The notes under the pieces: generated by a model | What the model was told of the DNA's origin: nothing | The model's input: the letters and a program-made list of their open reading frames with translations, nothing else | The model's database searches: none | Source: Eledone cirrhosa | Taxonomy: Eukaryota | Direction: 5' to 3' | Length of the DNA stretch: 64,000 bases | NCBI GenBank assembly: GCA_964016885.1 | Contig: OZ024740.1 | Span: 97,650,001 to 97,714,000 of the forward strand | Made by a program: the position numbers and the translations under genes | Part shown: piece after piece, positions 41,881 through 57,232 of the stretch | Position numbering within the stretch: position 1 is the stretch's first letter | Layout of the letters: every line of letters begins with the position of its first letter

Positions 41881-42477
41881 ATTATTTCACTATTGAGCAA
41901 GTGTTTGAAAGAAAAATGCTGGAAACTTCAAATGTCACCCAAGCCATCTCATGTGATTCCAAATGATTGACACATGTATTTATTTTATCACTCGCATTGG
42001 TTGTAGTGCTTCTGAATGATGAGTGAGTACTGGCATAAGTTTGAAGGCTCCTGAAGCATTATTGCAAACAGTCTCTTTTGACGTTGAAACAAGATTTTTT
42101 TTTATTTTCTTTCCTGGAGATGAAGGTTTGGATAGCATTTTTTCCCAGGAAAACCCATTTCATCTATCTTGAGAAAATGTTGTGTATAGTAGATGTCATG
42201 CTCAATGATACTCTTAACCCTTTTGATGTTATGTCACAACGACCATTTAATAATTGGATACATTTAGTCCATTCTAAAACACTTGATCAAGGGGCAAGAT
42301 GTTGTTAACTGATTGATCAGGACTTGGAACATGACAAAGTCTCCAACACATACTATGTTCGAGAATGTATATGTAAACTGATTATGATGACACTGTTAGA
42401 ATCCATCATAGATGATATGAAGAAAAGAAAGTACTTGCAGGAAAGTAAATATGAATATGAAACTGAAATGTAGACTT

Positions 42478-42890
42478 CATCATCATCATCATCGTTTAAC
42501 GTCCATCTTCCATGCTAGCATGGGTTTGGACGGGAATTTTCCCACTTGAGGCAAGATTGGTTGTCTTGCTCGCATAGGACTGTCTGGCGGGTTTTCTACG
42601 GCGGGATGCCCTTCCTAACACCAACCACGTTTACAGTGTGGACTGGGAGGTTTTTACCGTGTTACCTACACGGCCACATTACAGCGTGGACTGTGTGTTT
42701 TTTTGTCATGACACCTACATGCCCTCATTTGTTTTGGACTGGATGCTGTGGTACCAACATAACTTTACATTGGAAGGGGTGGTGTGGATGGGGTGGGGGT
42801 AGTGGAGCCGGGGTGTATTTTGTTAGTGGTGCCTACTGACTGTAGGTTTCGCTTTGTACTTAGGCAAGGCGGGTCTTCTGTATTACTGTG
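42478..42890 (-). mobile_element. SINE family B subfamily
   Basis: (CAT)n-CGTTTAACGTCCATCTTCCATGCTAGCATGGG...GGATGCCCTTCCTAACACC; sister copy at 46842-47246. Confidence 0.85.
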
Positions 42891-45800
42891 TATCACCAAA
42901 GATCTCGGTCCAGTGACATTGTCTTATATTCCAATAACAATAAAAAATCTGCTCTCAACTAACTGTCAGGTACTGAAAATGTACACAGGATGTAATGAGC
43001 ATCTTAAATAAACTGTTACTATAAATATTAGCCAAATACTATAAATAATGCCATATTATAAAACATGGTATCTTTAACTGACTTCAATATATTTCTTTAT
43101 GAATCTGTAGAGGATTATCAGATTCTATTGCAAACTGCATCTACCTGAATCCTTAAACACTGTTATTATTTGAACTCAGTTTGGAGTGAAGAATATTTTA
43201 CATAATAGGTAAACCAGTATCTATAATCAATTGACATGTGTGTAGGTGTGTTTTCACAGCATTTGATTCTGTTTATCAACAATCATGTCTCTTTGAATTG
43301 GAATTCTCTACAGATATAACAGATTAATTAAGAACTTTTGGTTTGTCACCATTAGGTTTTGGGTTTGATAGCATGGGCTAGCATTTTGTTAAGTGTATTC
43401 ATCATGATCATCATCATTTAACGTCCATTCTCCACACTAGCATGGAGAGCACAGGCTGTCCTTTTGTGAGAGATCAAGTTGGAGGACCACGTTTGCTCAC
43501 GCAGAACTAATTTTGGCTTTGTTTCAATGACTGAATGCCAACCACTTTACAGTGTGGACTGGGTCATTTTTGTCATGTCACCTACACAAGTAATTTACAT
43601 TGTGGACTGGGCACTTCTGTCATGACACTACACTATTGTTAATGAAAATATTGGGTTAACCAATGCCTTGTGAGTGAACCTTTGGAGACAAACTGCACAG
43701 AGCATTCTCTATAAGTGCTTCTTTGGGTATTTATGTTTACCAGTGTAAACTGATGAGTCATGTTGTAGCTATTTATTTAAGTTACAGAAATTCAACCTTT
43801 CAATAAATACAGATCATTCAAATAGACTGAAGCAAGCACAGTAGTAGATAAGATTATGTAAGTGATTGAAAGCTGTTGACCCAACAAGGTAGATAACCCA
43901 ACAAGTTTGATAAACACAACCAATAAACCAATAAAAGATAATCACATGTTTTGGAGAAATCATTATCATCATCCTCATTATCATTTGACATCTGTTTTCC
44001 CTGCTAGTAATCATCAGAAAACATTTAAAGTTAAGACTAATTCTAAAGTTTATATTTCTATGAAATATAATGTAAATTATATGAAGAATAATAAGGAATA
44101 AGTGAATAGAATTTACTAATTGATATGGTATTACAGTAGCGTTATCAATAATATGTAAATATGAGAGAAATAGGAATGAAACTTGGATAGACAGTGGAGT
44201 TCAAAGAACGTAATTTCGTCTATTTTGTGATACAGGTTCACAAAGTTCTAGAGAGCAGTGGCATCTCTTCTTATTCTAAAGACATGATTTCTTTGTCATT
44301 GTTAGTGCAAATATTTGTGGATTGGCTCAGGATGACTGAGAGTAGCAGAAGACAATTTGTTAATTAAAATCTGGAAAAGAATCTTCAGTCACACCAAAGA
44401 CATGATTACATTTTGTGCTGTTGCCATAATAAATAGCACCCAGTACACTGTAAAATGGTTGCATTAGGAAGAGTACCCAGTCATGGAATTGATGATAAAA
44501 CTGTAATGGAAGTAAGCAGGTAATGCTCTCTTGGCCCATCTAGGAGCATAGTAGCTCCAACTAAATATTAACTGGATCTATAATGAGCCATCAAACCTAT
44601 ACCAGCTTGAAAAACACACATAAAATGATTTGAAGAAGTAACCAAATTATGTTTACATAATTGTACAAAGTTAACAGTTAGGCAATATTCATTAGCACAA
44701 CACTACAGCATATTACTATGAATCACAAAATTTATGAATACGTATTTAATGTTGCTGGCACTTTAGAAACAACTGAGGTACAGTTTGACTTTGAGATATC
44801 TATATTTTTTTTTATATACCAGTTTGTGAACAACAGCATCATTGGTTATTAACAATTATTAACTATTTAGCATTTATATTACTTTATATATACTATTATA
44901 TTTTCAGAGTAAAGGCATTATCCCACATAATTATCTCACATGATATCGAATCTATGAGATTTTGATATTATTCATTTTGATAACAATACCTTAACATCAG
45001 TATGAGCAGCCAGTTACAGCCAGTTTGAACAGAATGATGTGAGAGATTTCTGGCCAGATATGGCTGGTTTAAATGCTAAAGGGTTAAATAATGTAGCAGC
45101 GACAGTTTAGTGTAAATTTTGTATGGGAGGAGATGCAGCTAGAGAGGATATTCAGTTGGATCTTATGAATGGGCGGAATATGGAAGATGGGATGCTAATA
45201 TGAAGAGGAGTGTCTGAATGGAAAAGAGACAAGTTAATGGTGTATGTGTGAAAAGTACCATGAATTATGGAAGCAAGATATGGATTATAAATATGGAACA
45301 CCAGAAGAAGAGAAATGAAAATAGTTTGGTGGATGAGTTGAGTATTGCTTAGAAAGAGATGGTGGGAGTAGATCCAGTGATGAATTCTGTGAAAAATAAT
45401 GGAATTAAATGTTTGGGTCATATGTTGAGGAATAATGAGAGCAGTGATGACAGTGAATATGCTAGGAAGTAGAGGAAGAGATAGATAAAGATACACATTG
45501 CAAAATATGGAGGAGGAAATGAAAGTGAGTGGTTGAGGAAGAGGGATGACGACAACAATAGGGGAAAATGGAGAATCATGTCATGGTGCCCACAATGATA
45601 AACCATGCATTTGCTAAGAAATTTGGTTTATAAGCATAATGTTATTTGTCTCATCATAGCTATCAGAAAAAGATATATACATATAAAAGTTGTAACCAAA
45701 GTCATGATCACAATTGCTCTCTTGGTGTTGGAGTTAATACACCCAAATGCATCCACATACACACACACACACATATATGTGTATGTATGTATCATCACTT

Positions 45801-46841
45801 TATGTCCATTCTCTGCAAATGGAGCATTACAGCCCATTTCATTACTTATTCTAAGTTACTTCCTTCCTAGATGGGTTGAGGAGCTTATATCACCAACATG
45901 TCCTATTTTTGTCATGGTTTGTACTGCTGGATAGACTTCCGAACACAATCCTCTTTATAGTGTGTGTATTGGGTACATTTTATTATGCCGCCGACATGAT
46001 GTGTCTTTGCTAACCTACCACATTACTATTCATTCACCAACAAAATTACAACATGATCTGGAGACAATTTATCATGGCCCCAACATTAAATAGGCTGTCT
46101 TGTCTTTTGAAATCCTTAAGAGATACAACTACTTTCTATTGATGTCAATCTTTTCAAACTGAGCAATTGAAGTGATAGCCAAAGATGAACAGCAAGTGAT
46201 GAACAAAAAAGAGAATATGGGTGTTAATATGAGTTTTAGATGACAGATGAGGGAATAATGGTGGATAGCATTATAACTGCGAGACAGTTGTTGGCAGGCA
46301 CTGTGTGAGCACTATAAAGAGACAGCAATAAATGTGTGTCATAGTTAAGAGTAAATGGGAGCAAGAAATAAATAACAACAGAGCCAGGTATTAGTGAGAG
46401 GGGGAGATGACATGTATATATGTGTGTTTAGTATAAGGTTTCCAAAAACAGTTTCCATTGAAATATAATATTAGTAGTATTGGAGTCAGGAGATAATGCA
46501 TATGAACTGATAGAGTTTTGGTATTTCTGAGTAGATTTTTTTTATAATTCAATATTCTTGCAATTTTATCATCAGGATTACCACCAGCCCTCACCCCCAT
46601 CAACACCACCACTATAAATCCTATCTTCATGCATTTTTTTTTCTTTCCAATATATTACTATAGGTTTTGTTTTTCAAATATTGGAGAAGAAAATTGACAG
46701 GATTACATATATACATATATACACAGGCCTTACCAGTAGAGAAGATGGATGTTAAATTGTTAAATGATGATCACTATTATTATGATGATGATGTTGTTGA
46801 TGATGATGAGAGTACCATATATTCTATATATAAATATATAT

Positions 46842-47241
46842 CATCATCATCATCATCGTTTAACGTCTATCTTCTACGCTAGCATTGGTTTAGACGGAAA
46901 TTGTTCCACGGGGGGCAAGATTGGTTGTATTGCTCGTATTGGACTGTCTGGCAGGTTTTCTATGGTTGGATGTCCTTCCTAACACCAACCACATTTCCAG
47001 TGTGGACTGGGAGGTTTTTACCATGTTACCTACACGGCCACATTACAGCGTGGACTGTTTATTTTTGTCATGACTCCTACACAACCTAATTTATTTAGGA
47101 CTGGATGTTGTGGTACCAACATAACTTTACATGGAAAAGGGTGGTGTGGATGGGGTGGGGGGTAGTGGGATGGGGGTGTATTTTTGGTTAAGAGGTGCCT
47201 ACTGACTGTAGGTTTCACTTTGTACTTAGACAAGCCGGGTC

Positions 47242-47246
<5 letters not shown>
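46842..47246 (-). mobile_element. SINE family B subfamily
   Basis: Aligns along its length with 42478-42890. Confidence 0.85.
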
Positions 47247-47284
<38 letters not shown>

Positions 47285-47325
47285 CGAAACATAAATCAAT
47301 TGCATGAACTCATAATCCTTTATTT

Positions 47326-47381
47326 ACTGGTATATATATTTCGATGATAGCCATTGAATGGCTATGACCTCATCAGGCAGT
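47326..47381 (-). ncRNA. Type-I HHR-like motif
   Basis: Minus strand: ACTGC-CTGATGA-stem II (ATAGCCA/TGGCTAT)-GAAA-TATAT-ATA-CCAGT, then AATAAA. Confidence 0.65.
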
Positions 47382-47440
47382 TTGTCAGTTCTTAGATATG
47401 CCAGCTCTGTGTTTATAGTGTTGATGGTATTAGAGCCTTG

Positions 47441-47484
<44 letters not shown>

Positions 47485-47914
47485 CAATACTAATAATAAG
47501 TATGGATGAGGTGTCAAATTTTCATCACATTTATTCAGGTGAGATGCATGTTTTGCGATTGATCAGCTCAAGGATTGATGTACATTGATTTGGCCCGACT
47601 CTGGAATCAAAAGATCATCAGAGTTCTGTTAGTGCAATGAAGTCTGATGACTGTTTGATTTCAGAGTCGGGCGCAATCGATACAGTTTGAACGTTGAGCT
47701 GAACAATTGCGGAAATGTGTGTCACACCTGAATAAATGTAATGAAAATGTTATGCTTATTTTTAGTATTACACTCTGCTTAGTACAAGACCAAAGTACAC
47801 ATCGATTGCTCACTTTGGAGAACCAGCATTTACTTGATGTTACAGTCCCTACAGTATGTATATATATATATATATATGAGAAAACAATGTTGTCTCTGAT
47901 CGAGACGAAGTGAG

Positions 47915-48390
47915 ACATATAGAAGTGAGAAAATTCATCACTAGAATAGCCATTAAAACAGCTAAGTTCTTTCAAAGACAACTATGGGTAAAAGTGCCTC
48001 AGAGGATAGAGACCAGTGGCCAGTGGTCAACAGAGAGACAATCCACAAGGTTGGTGACAGGCAGATGAAATATAGAAAAGATTGAAAGAGGGGGGGGGGG
48101 CAAGGGGAAGCATGCCAGCAAACAGATGTGACCGGAAGAAGGAAACAAAGAAAGGTGATGCATAAGACAAGTCTACGCACACACAAATTCACCCTCATCA
48201 GCTCTCAAACCAGCAAACAGGTTTAGCACTATTTAATTGAGAATACCATTTTAAAATGATGGATTGTGCAACAGAAAAATAAATCTTTCTTCTGGTCTCT
48301 ATCCTCTGAGGCCCTTTTTGCCCATTGCTGTCTTTGAAAGTATTTAGCGGTTTTAACAGCTGTTCTCTTGATGTGTTTTCTCATTTATAT
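47915..48390. repeat. Imperfect ~100-bp inverted repeat (47915-48016 / 48292-48390)
   Basis: GCCTCAGAGGATAGAGACCAG versus CTGGTCTCTATCCTCTGAGGC and flanks. Confidence 0.8.
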
Positions 48391-48392
48391 GA

Positions 48393-48429
<37 letters not shown>

Positions 48430-48431
<2 letters not shown>

Positions 48432-48700
48432 AAGTGGTCGTGGAGGTCCCATGGCAAAAAAGCACCCAGCCCACACTGTAAAGTGGACGTGTAGGCGCCA
48501 TGGAAAAAAAGCATCCAGCACTCACTGTAAATGAGGTTGATGTTAGGAAGGGCATCCAGCTGTAGAAATCAAGCCAAAATCAGTTCCCATATGAGCAAGT
48601 CATGATCAGCCGACCGGCTACTGCCCATGACAGGACAAGCCGTCTAACCTATGCTAGCGTGGAAGAACGGATGTAAAACGGTGATGATGAAGATGATGAT
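48430..48700 (+). mobile_element. SINE family B, 5'-truncated
   Basis: Family-B subrepeats and tail. Confidence 0.85.
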
Positions 48701-49270
48701 GATATATATATGAATTTCATATATCTAAAGATATATGGTATGTTTAGTAAATAAACATTTTGAAGTCTGATGGCAGTGCCATCGAATGGAGTCCCCAGCA
48801 GATGCAAGTGGGATAATTATCTATGCATTTTGATGTTAAATGGGTCTCATCAGGACAATGCTTCCCTTTTCCTACTGCTGGATTTTGAAACTGGTGAAAA
48901 TATCTAGTTTTTTGCCTGTGTAAATGGGCTGATTAGCTGTAAATATGTGCTAACCAACAACATTTTAAGTTGAATTTTGGCAAAAGAAGATCAGTGGCAC
49001 TTCTTAACAGGTGGTCTTTTTAACTGTCATAATTGACAGCCCATGCAGTGGCAATACCTGTGACTGCTATTGACTGCTATCATACATGAAGGAGCTTTTG
49101 GGTGTATCGTGGGTGAGTGCAAAATCATCTCAATTGGTGTAGTAAGATTGCCATAAGTTAAATAACGAAATTTTTAGGAATTAGACGATTTGATCGCAGA
49201 GGCACAACAGCCAACAAACTCATTATATCATTCATATATCTACCTATCTATTTATCTATCTATCTATCTA

Positions 49271-49478
<208 letters not shown>

Positions 49479-49499
49479 GGGGGGTGCATGTATATGCAA

Positions 49500-50435
49500 A
49501 CTATGGCAACACAAGAGGTGTAGTGGGATTTCTGGTAGCTTAGCTAAGAAAGTAGCTTTTACATGTGCCATCGGAATGGAGCAGTAAGTAGCAAATGACA
49601 ACAGGAAACAAGAGCTATGGAATTCTGGGAAGGTTCAGTAGTTGTGGTTTTGAAAGTACAGTAGCTAGAGTGGGGACAGGATGGAAGAAGTTCAGGGAGC
49701 TACTGCCATTGCTACAAAAGCCTTTCCCCTCAAAATGAATCGAAACAAATGAAGCTTGCATGATTTGATGAATGTGTAATACTATTATATGTCAATGGCA
49801 AAATATAAGCAAATTCAAAGAGAAACTAGGCATAAGTAGAATTACATGCAGTGTACAAGAGAAGAGATTGTATTGGTATGGACATGTGATGGGTATGAAG
49901 GTTGTCAGCTGTATAAAAAGATATAGAGCACTCAAAGTTGTGAAATTCAACCTCACAAAGGTGATGACACAGGACCAAGATATGTGGTATTTTGCAGTAA
50001 TACAGAAGACTCACCTTCCCATGGGTAGAGTCGGACACATATATATAGTATTTACACACCACCATATACCCCCCATGGGCACAAGAGGAAGCATACATCT
50101 GGTGTGCACCACACTCATCTTCATCCCCCCTCCCATGTCCTGAAACTGCACTTCACACACGCTTATATACCCACATCCCTAATCCCCACACACCCTTCCT
50201 ACCACAAACTCCAGCCCACACTCAAAAGTGGTCATGTAGGTGTCACGACATAAAGCACGCAATAGACACTGTAAGTGTGGTTGCTGTTAAGAAAGGCATC
50301 CAGGTATAGAAACCAACCCACAAGCAGTTTTATATGAGCAAAACATGGTCATCTGTCCTGGTTGGTCTCACAAAAAAGACAGCTCATCTAATCCATGCTA
50401 GCATGGAAAATGGACGTTAAATGCTTGTGATGGTG
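49500..50435 (+). mobile_element. Degraded RTE LINE 3' end joined to a family-B-like tail
   Basis: ARVGTGWKKFRELLPL and VQEKRLYWYGHV; tail CCATGCTAGCATGGAAAATGGACGTTAAA. Confidence 0.6.
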
Positions 50436-50819
50436 ATATATACATGCATACGCACATGCACAAATATAGCTCTTTTTACAAAACCTTTTTTTTTCCATTT
50501 CAGGTAGACGCGCTCCATCATCCACTTTTCTAAAAAAAAAATCATACACAAAACGCCAGCATCAAGAGTTTTCCAAGAGATGTCAAGATGAATGGACCTT
50601 TTTTTTTATATAAAGATTTTTTTTCCAATTCAAACCCAACTATCCGTTCAATCTATCTTATTTCTAATTCTTTCTTCTGATGAAGGACTAGCATCCAAAA
50701 CGTGAAGACCCTCTTCCTGCTATTTCAAGCGTTAACCTAATATATTCCTTCCATATACTGTACCGATTGTGTTGTTATTGCTGTTTTCCTTTTACACACA
50801 CATATATATATATATGTAT

Positions 50820-52445
50820 ATAATATAAGATCAAAAGATGGTTAAAAGAGTTCCAAGTATTTTATTATGCGCATTTCAAAATCAAATATCATCATGGGAT
50901 GATATTTGCGTTCTCATCAGATAAAATAGGGAGACATGATATGAAGCTTAAAAAACACTTGTGAATAGTGAAGTTTTAAATCAACATATGAAAAATAAAT
51001 TAATATTGATGTATGCGATTGGGAAAAAGTGAGGGGGTGGGGGTGGAAAAGGTAAGAAAGAGGAAGAAATAAGAGTAAAGGATGGTGGGGGAGGAGTATA
51101 AGAAGGAAGGATGAGAGAGGAGAAGAGAAGGGTGATAGATAGAGAGATAGCCTTTACAAGTGAGAAAAAAATATATTGTCTCACAGAGAGAAATTAAAAA
51201 GCCGTTGGGAGATAATAGATAATTTTAAAGATTTTGAAATTAAAAGTTAATGAGGTTTATGCATGAAGAAAAAGGAATTAATGAGGTTTATGCATGAAGA
51301 AAAAGGAATTAACGTTTGTATATTGAAGGGTTTAATAATATGTGCGAGGAAAAGAATTTATTAATATGTATTATTAAAATAAAAATATTAATGATATTAA
51401 GGATATAATGTGAAAAGAAGGAGAAGAATGAATAAGTTATGAATTTAGAGGAATTAGTTAGGGTTTAAGTTTGTTTTTATGTAATGTAATATGTGTACGT
51501 AAATAGTTTGTTTAAAATGAGCGCGGAAGGAACGAAGAAAAGAATGTTTAAGGAAGAAAATATCTAACATCAAAAAGTATATATGTTTACGAAATATTTT
51601 CTAATGGTAATAATATAATATATTAAAAGAAATTAGTTAGGGTTTAAGTTTGTTTTTATGTATTGTAATATGTAAAAGTAAAATTAAGTAGTAGGTTTAA
51701 AACGAGCATGAAAGGATGGAAGAGAAATACCAACTTAAAAGAACTAACACAGCACTCTCGTAACTCATATGGTCCTTGAAAGACAAAAATATTAACTATA
51801 ACATCTCTTGGAGGAAGGTTTGTTCAGACTTTCCCTACCTGAATTCTTCCCTATCCAGAACATGTAATCTCTGCCTAGCCGAAAAATTTACCATTATATC
51901 TAATTTCAATTCTATAATAAATAGACGCACGGATTTATTTTCTCTCTGCTTGCATAAATTCCAGAGAACATTCCATAAAGTATACAGCTAATATCGTATT
52001 ACCTTACTAGTTTAAAATCCTTTTTCTCAAAGGCTTATATATCTTTTACAAATATACCTATCTTTCTACCTTATTTCAATATTATATATTATATAATCAA
52101 ATTTACTCATTCTTTATTATTTTCCTTTCTTCCTTTTTTCTTTTTAATTTCTAACCTCTAATCTATACTTTTTCTTCCCAACTACTTCTCAATTCTTATT
52201 ATTACTCACCACAACATTATCCATTCTCTCCATATTTCCTCATATCATTGGACATAAAAATTATTCTTTCAATACCTTATAATATTACCATTAGAAGTCC
52301 TTCGTAAACATATAAATTTTTGACGTTAGATTTTGTTCTTCCTTAAATTTGTTCATATCTCTTCCATCCTTTCATGCTCGTTTTCAACCTACTACTTAAT
52401 TTGACTCATACATATTTCAATACATAAAAACAAACTTAAACCCTA
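50820..52445 (+). mobile_element. Naiad-like PLE 3' fragment with inverted pseudo-LTR
   Basis: 51740-51991 IWSLKDKNINYNISW...CNLCLAEK...IINRRTD...CLHK; 51560-51726 is inverted relative to 52270-52445; HHR on the minus strand at 50860-50926. Confidence 0.8.
50860..50926 (-). ncRNA. Type-I hammerhead ribozyme motif
   Basis: Minus strand: TTTTAT-CTGATGA-stem II (CAAATATCATC/GATGATATTTG)-GAAA-TGCGC-ATA^ATAAAA; palindromic ATGCGCAT. Confidence 0.75.
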
Positions 52446-52809
52446 ATGATGAGGTTGTTGTTGCTGGTTGTTATTATGATTGTGGTAATGGTAATGATGA
52501 TAGAGACAGTGATAATAAAAATAATAATAACAACACCAACAACAATAATGATGAATAATTAAATAAATTAAGCAAATCAAATTGGGGAAGAAAAGAAATT
52601 GAAATAGACAAAGTGAAACTAAAGACTTATAGCAAGAACTGATTTGACAGCACAACGTACTTAAACACCCGAATGACATCAGTACGTATATATATACATA
52701 CCTATAAATACATACCTATATGCATACATACATATATATGCACACACATATATACAAAGACTAACATATACACACACACAGACACACACACACATATGTA
52801 TATATGTAT

Positions 52810-52895
<86 letters not shown>

Positions 52896-52967
52896 GGTGT
52901 TTGACGCTTAAAGCGTCCGTATGTAGTAGGCCGTATGAGCACTCGATGCCCTCGTAGAGCAGAGTAT

Positions 52968-53280
52968 GATATCTCAGAAAAAAGAGAATCAGTATTGCAA
53001 CGAAAGGAATTTATTGGACATATTACAATTGTTTCTCGGGCGACCAGCTCGAGGCATGATCGGTGATAAAACCTGACTCTGAAATCGCGCGGTCCTTGGA
53101 AACGTCTCGATTCTACGAAGCATATTTTCCTATAGGAATCGAGACATATCCGAGGACTGCGCGATTTCAGAGTCAGGTTTGATCACCGATCGTGCCTCGA
53201 GCTGGTCGCCCGAGAAACAATTGTAATATGTCCAATAAATTCCTTTCGTCGCAACACTGATTCTCTTTTTTCTGTGATAT
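52968..53280. repeat. ~145-bp inverted repeat (pLTR pair) with a short spacer
   Basis: 52968-53113 is the imperfect reverse complement of 53136-53280. Confidence 0.9.
53143..53232 (+). ncRNA. Type-I HHR-like motif, C4 core variant, long stem II
   Basis: GACATAT-CCGAGGA-stem II (GCGATT/GGTCGC)-GAAA-CAATT-GTA^ATATGTC, then AATAAA at 53234. Confidence 0.62.
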
Positions 53281-53344
53281 GTATATATGTATATATATAT
53301 ATATATATATGTGTGTGTATATATATATACAATATATACACACA

Positions 53345-55007
53345 TTTTTGGCACTTCATGACAACAATACAAACTATATGCCATAAGGTTGTCCTGGAGA
53401 AAAAGGCCAAACAGACACAAAAATCTTATTCCCAGAGCCAGGAAAATCCTTATAAGACGAAGAAATATATTCTCAAAACAGTTGAATGCACAACAAAATA
53501 ACAAGAAGGAATCCTATCTGAAACATGCACTACTTGAAATTGAAACTTTACTTAAACTTTCCCAAGAAAAGGAGAGGGCAGAAAGAGAAAGCAGGGCCAT
53601 AGAAAATATTAAAACAAACCCTAAGGCCTTCTTTAAATTTGCAAAAGAGACTGCCACGGTACTGCAAGATTGGGTCACTCTTCCATAAACATGGTTGATT
53701 AACCGAGGATCCTCAAGGGATAAGTGAAATACTGAATGAACAGTAAAATAGTGTGTTCACACCCCGACTGAGGCACATGCAAATAACAAAGCCAGAGGAT
53801 ATCTTTGATGCCACAACACCCAGAGAGCTAAAAGTAGGCACAATATGACCTATCCATAAAGGAGGAAGCAAAGTGGAGGCCAGAAACTACAGGCATGTCT
53901 CCCTGATATCAGATATCAGTAAAGTCATGGAACGAATTATCAGAAAGAAACTGATCACGTTCCCCGAGGAATATGACCGCCTAACTAACAGGGGGAATGG
54001 CTTTTTACCAGGAAGAAGCTGCCTTACACAGCTGCTACAACACTATAACTGAGTAATGAAACAATTTCTAGACAGCTCACATGTGGACGTGATATATCTT
54101 GACTATGCGAAGGCCTTTGACAAGGTCGACCATAGAATGAAACTACAAAGATTTGGCATAATTGGAAAAGTAGGTGAGTGGCTGCATGATCTCTTAAAAA
54201 ACAGAAGCCAGACAGTTTCAGCCACTGGGGCCCTCTCAAAGGAAACATCAATAACAAGTGGGGTGCCTCAGGGCACAGTCTTGGAACCACTAGTGTTTTT
54301 GGTGGCTCTCTCAGACACGCCCTCTGTAGTACATACAATATCCCTCACTAGCTATTCTAATGACACAAAGGTAGCTCAGGCAATCAAAAATCCAGCTGAT
54401 ACTGGCCATTTACAAGATCTGGATACCTTATACAAGTGGTCTGAGGACAACAACATGAAGTTTAATGCTGGAAAATGTCAAGCCCTACAACACCAGCCTG
54501 CAAACACAAATACAATACAACACTGCTACACTGGACCAGAAGGGATCGAAATTCCCATGTCAAAATCTATACGAGACCTGGGAATAGACATGAGCGACGA
54601 TGCATATTTTTCTTCGCACATCTTGAGGGTGGCAACAATGTGCAGATGACTTGCTGGCTGAATCTTGAGGACTTTCCTGACTAGAGACCGAGAGACCATG
54701 TTCATACTATGGAGGATATTTGTCCTAAGCTGCCTGGACTACTGCTCTAGCTGTGGTTACCCCATAGTATCAAACTAACCATAGAGCTTGAGGCAATCCA
54801 ACAAAGCTACACCAAGAGGATTGCCACGATGAAGAAGATAAGTTACTGGGAGTGACTAAAAGAATTGAAATTCTACTCCTTGGAACGAAGAAAGAAGAGA
54901 TGCACAGTGATATACATATGGAAAACCCTGGAGGGACTAGCACCAAACTGTGGCATTGAAAATTTGACCAACTATGAAGAGGACGTCACTGTGTGGTGCC
55001 AAATGTC
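53345..55007 (+). mobile_element. CR1-clade LINE ORF2 relic
   Basis: IKTNPKAFF, NYRHVSL, VDVIYLDYAKAFDKVDH, SGVPQGTVL, YSNDTKV (from YADD), WSEDNNMKFN, YSLERR; many disruptions. Confidence 0.88.
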
Positions 55008-56122
55008 CCGATACAAAAATTCTAGTGCAAACTACATAAATGCTCGTACGAAGTATATGAAAAATTTGATACGGAAAATTAATTCAGAATCCCCCACCCC
55101 AATCCACCCCAAAAAAATAAATACTGATATACGAGAAATTAAAGCAAGGATACCACTAAGAAATGTAGAAAGCACGGAAAAGGGGCAGCCATCGGATAAG
55201 AAAGCAAGTATCCGGGGTCTATCACATTTGCTATAAAAAGCGGAGTCGGCCAATTATATCATAGAATAGGAGAAGGGGTGGGGGTATTGAGGCTACAAAG
55301 GACCGAGGGGCTGCCTCGAGTGGGCGAGAAAATGAAAAGGACGACGACAAAGAAAGAGGACTGGGGTGGAAGGACTAGGAAGGGATGGGGGGAAGAAGGA
55401 AATATAGAGGAAGCGATAAAAAGATACGTACGAGCATTTATGTAGTTTGCACTAGAATTTTTGTATCGTAGCGGCACCTTTAGAGATAGTATTAGTATTC
55501 TTTTTCGGGATTCTGAATTATTATTTCGTATTAGTTTATTTTTTGCACTGGGTGGTTGCTGGCCTTGTGCCTGGGGTAGAAACAATTATTTCGTATTAGT
55601 CTCGGGACTCTGAATTATTATTTCGTGGTAGTGTCTTTAGTATTTAGGCGCCCCACTTGTTGACCCGTCACCGTAAGATATACACGCTTGATTACTACTA
55701 CCTCTTAAAAGGGTCTAATTATAATTCCGTCCCACCTATAGTAAAGTTTTCTATAGTCTAGCAGTACCAGTGAGAGATTTGATGGCTGTCGTTAGGGAAT
55801 AGTAACCAGAAATTGCTTTTTGATATTTAATTGTTTTTTTTTAACATTCTCGGTATTCTTCTATATATTTACCCCATATTGTTTTACTTATTGTTTCGAC
55901 TTCCTCCCCCTCCCCCTCACTAGTATACTTCCTTGATCTCCTGCCCTGCTGTAGTTGGCACTATCAACGCACGACTGGGTTTCCTCCCCCCCCCTCCCTC
56001 TTTCTTCCACTGGCAGGTTCAGCTACCCCTTCCTTCCACAAATTGCCATGATAGAATTATGTGTTTCAACAACAAATGGTTGACCAATCCGTGTGACAAT
56101 CACTTTTACCATATATAGAATT

Positions 56123-56218
56123 ACCCCTTGAGAGGCTCGGCTATTCATATACCAGGATAAAAATTTTCATTCAGTCCAGAATTAGCCGTCGAGACGGCTT
56201 GAGCTCAGCCGTCGGGGT
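56123..56218 (+). ncRNA. Degenerate type-I HHR with a full stem III
   Basis: ACCCC-TTGAGAG-stem II (CGGCTA/TAGCCG)-GAGA-CGGC..GCC-GTC^GGGGT; relatives near 26200 (+) and 38903-38940 (-, intact GAAA). Confidence 0.55.
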
Positions 56219-56226
56219 CCTACTCG

Positions 56227-56966
<740 letters not shown>

Positions 56967-56967
56967 C

Positions 56968-57020
<53 letters not shown>

Positions 57021-57107
57021 TATATATATATGTATATATGTAAGGGAAAATGATGAAATCGAAAATGCAACTGGAGTCTTTTTTAAAAGAATATATATAT
57101 TTATTTG

Positions 57108-57150
57108 GCTCCTTTACCGGTTTCGCAGTTCTTCTGCTTTTCAAAAGTAG
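57108..57150 (-). ncRNA. Minimal type-I HHR, U3-A8 core
   Basis: Minus strand: CTT-TTGAAAA-GCAG AAGAA CTGC-GAAA-CCGG-TA^AAG, then AATAAA. Confidence 0.72.
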
Positions 57151-57232
57151 AGTTGAGATGGAGGGTCTGTGGTTTTTCTCACATCTCGCTGGTTTTTGAA
57201 TGGTACTTGTTTTATATGGAAAAAAGTGGCTC

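Noticed and set aside
50672-50708. Active HHR (TCTT-CTGATGAAGGA..TCC-AAAACGTG-AAGA)
   Set aside because: G12 and the cleavage triplet are mutated; probably a dead relic, so not listed as a feature.
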